Below, piece after piece: positions 62,201 through 64,000 of a DNA stretch of 64,000 nt. This stretch comes from Desulfatiglandales bacterium. Its GTDB lineage: Bacteria > Desulfobacterota > DSM-4660 > Desulfatiglandales > HGW-15. Positions within the stretch are counted from its first letter, which is position 1. Each line of letters starts with the position of its first letter. A program made the position numbers and the translations under genes. The stretch is from contig CAXXJJ010000004.1 of assembly GCA_963667015.2 (NCBI GenBank), positions 3,968,001 to 4,032,000 of the forward strand, read 5' to 3'. The notes under the pieces were generated by a model. The model saw only the letters and a list, made by a program, of their open reading frames with translations. It was not told the DNA's origin and ran no database searches.

Positions 62201-64000
62201 ATGACTACAGAAGAAGTCAAGGTCAAAGCAACGGCATTAAAGGATAAAAAGGTCGTCAAAGCACTGGACCTTACTATCGATCAGGCAACAGCTGTAATGA
62301 TTGACCGGTCAAGAGAAATGGAGATAGATACCATATTTGACAGGGCTCAGACAATGAAGGCCTGTAATATTGGTATTCAGGGAACATGTTGTAAAAACTG
62401 CTCTCAGGGACCATGCCGGTTACCCTTGCCTAAAGGCGGTGTCGAAGGCAAGGATGACAGAAAAGGGTTATGCGGGGCAACACCTGAGACAATAGCTGCG
62501 AGAAACTTTGCACGTATGGTGGCGGGCGGAGCTGCAGCACACTCAGATCATGGTAGAGGTGTGGCAGAGACATTTCTTGCTGCAGCAAGAAAAGAAACGC
62601 ATGACTATAAAATACAGGATACAAAAAAATTATTAGAGATAGCCCCTGATTTTGGTGTTGATATAAAAATAGAAGGTGAAGACGGTAAGATGCTTGACAG
62701 GGATATCGATGAGATTGCCGTTGAAGTGGGTGAAAAGGCCCTTGCTCAATGGGGGCAGCAGACAGGAGAGGTGTGTACAGTTAAAAGGGCACCTGCACCC
62801 AGATATGAATTATGGAAAAAACTTGGTGTAGTACCAAGAGGAATTGACCGTGAAATAGTCGAAATAATGCACAGGACCCATATGGGTGTTGATCAGCATT
62901 ATGAGAATATAGTTGAACAGTGTTCCAGGGCAGCTATCGCTGATGGATGGGGCGGTTCAATGATAGCAACCGACCTTCAGGATGTCCTGTTCGGATGTCC
63001 ATATCCGGTTAAAAGTACCGCAAACCTAGGTATTTTAAAGGAAGACCATGTAAATATAATAATACACGGGCATGAACCGCTTCTCAGTGAAATGATAGTT
63101 ACTGCGGCCGACCTGCCTGAGATGATAGAATATGCAAAGGAAAAAGGAGCAAAGGGAATTCAGCTTGGCGGTATATGCTGCACCGCAAATGAGATACTTA
63201 TGCGTCATGGCGTTCCGCTAGCCGGTAATTATCTTCAGCAGGAGCTTGCTATCGTAACAGGTGCCGTTGATGCAATGGTTGTTGATGTTCAGTGTATAAT
63301 GGAAAACATCGCCAATGTAGCCGATTGTTTTCATACAAAGGTAATAACAACAAACCCCAGGGCAAGAATTGGTTCAGGCCACACGACCCATATAGAATTT
63401 GATGAACATACGGCCTTTGAAGATGCAAAAAAAATAGTACGAACCGCCATTGATAATTTCCCTAACAGGGAAAAAGAGGTCATGATACCAAATAATTACT
63501 CTGATATCATTGCCGGCTTCAGCTATGAAGCAATAAATTATCATCTGGGCGGCACATTCAGGGGATCCTATACACCCCTTAATGAAAATATAATAAACGG
63601 CCGCATACGTGGCATCGGCGGTGTTGTAGGTTGTAATAATGCAAGGGTTAAACACAATGAAGGTCATATCACCATTGTTAAAGAGCTTATTAAAAATGAT
63701 GTAATTGTTTTAACCACAGGATGTAATGCAATAGCATGTGCCACAGAGGGGCTCCTTACTCCGGAATCCGCCAAGGTATACTGCGGTCCCGGTCTTGCGG
63801 AGGTATGTGAAACTGTAGGAATTCCTCCTGTTCTGCACATGGGATCATGCGTTGATAACAGCAGGATACTTATGGCTGCTTCCGAAGTAGTAAAAGCCGG
63901 GGGTCTTGGAAATGATATCAGCGATCTTCCGGCAGCCGGTTCTGCCCCCGAATGGATGAGTGAAAAGGCCATAAGCATCGGGCATTATTTTGTGACGGCC
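62201..64000 (+). CDS. cooS: Anaerobic Ni-CO dehydrogenase catalytic subunit (3'-truncated by the window end; not in the ORF track)
   Basis: Translated by hand from ATG 62201: CCKNCSQGPCR, AAHSDH, HGHEP, GICCTANE, VDVQC, HMGSCVDNSR, PEWMSEKA. Confidence 0.96.
   Translation, partial: MTTEEVKVKATALKDKKVVKALDLTIDQATAVMIDRSREMEIDTIFDRAQTMKACNIGIQGTCCKNCSQGPCRLPLPKGGVEGKDDRKGLCGATPETIAARNFARMVAGGAAAHSDHGRGVAETFLAAARKETHDYKIQDTKKLLEIAPDFGVDIKIEGEDGKMLDRDIDEIAVEVGEKALAQWGQQTGEVCTVKRAPAPRYELWKKLGVVPRGIDREIVEIMHRTHMGVDQHYENIVEQCSRAAIADGWGGSMIATDLQDVLFGCPYPVKSTANLGILKEDHVNIIIHGHEPLLSEMIVTAADLPEMIEYAKEKGAKGIQLGGICCTANEILMRHGVPLAGNYLQQELAIVTGAVDAMVVDVQCIMENIANVADCFHTKVITTNPRARIGSGHTTHIEFDEHTAFEDAKKIVRTAIDNFPNREKEVMIPNNYSDIIAGFSYEAINYHLGGTFRGSYTPLNENIINGRIRGIGGVVGCNNARVKHNEGHITIVKELIKNDVIVLTTGCNAIACATEGLLTPESAKVYCGPGLAEVCETVGIPPVLHMGSCVDNSRILMAASEVVKAGGLGNDISDLPAAGSAPEWMSEKAISIGHYFVTA

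Overview
Chromosomal window from an anaerobic bacterium, most likely a Desulfobacterota/deltaproteobacterium (inferred from the Wood-Ljungdahl acsF/acsD/cooS genes, an RnfB-GltD fusion and two dnaA paralogues), lying around the replication origin region. (1) 1-7.7 kb is the right part of an AT-rich element integrated at tRNA-Pro(TGG), with a tyrosine integrase and an excisionase. It carries the top candidate novel system, a co-oriented ubiquitin-like conjugation operon: Ubl ending DAG-IIL, a membrane-anchored E2-like protein, a JAB peptidase and a ThiF/E1. These are followed by a membrane protein, a Cys-rich Zn protein, an ATPase split right after Walker B with a C-terminal PD-(D/E)xK domain, and a RelE-like toxin-antitoxin pair. 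(2) 8-23 kb is housekeeping (folE2, purH-like, mobB/modE/moeA, pgk, plsY, parAB with two parS, dnaA copy 1), plus a repeat-flanked, frameshifted GxxExxY gene. (3) 23-44 kb is a phosphate-starvation island (PAP2, glycosyltransferases, OlsF-like lipid synthase, porin, pstSCAB-phoU, phoBR). Nearly every promoter there carries an 11-bp-periodic (C/T)TAA(C/T)A repeat, and an ISAzo13 element disrupts one glycosyltransferase. (4) 44-64 kb holds birA, transporters, gpsA, the RnfB-GltD fusion, dnaA2-dnaN-gyrB-gyrA and acsF-acsD-cooS (cooS runs off the end). All calls come from reading motifs by eye; no database searches were run.
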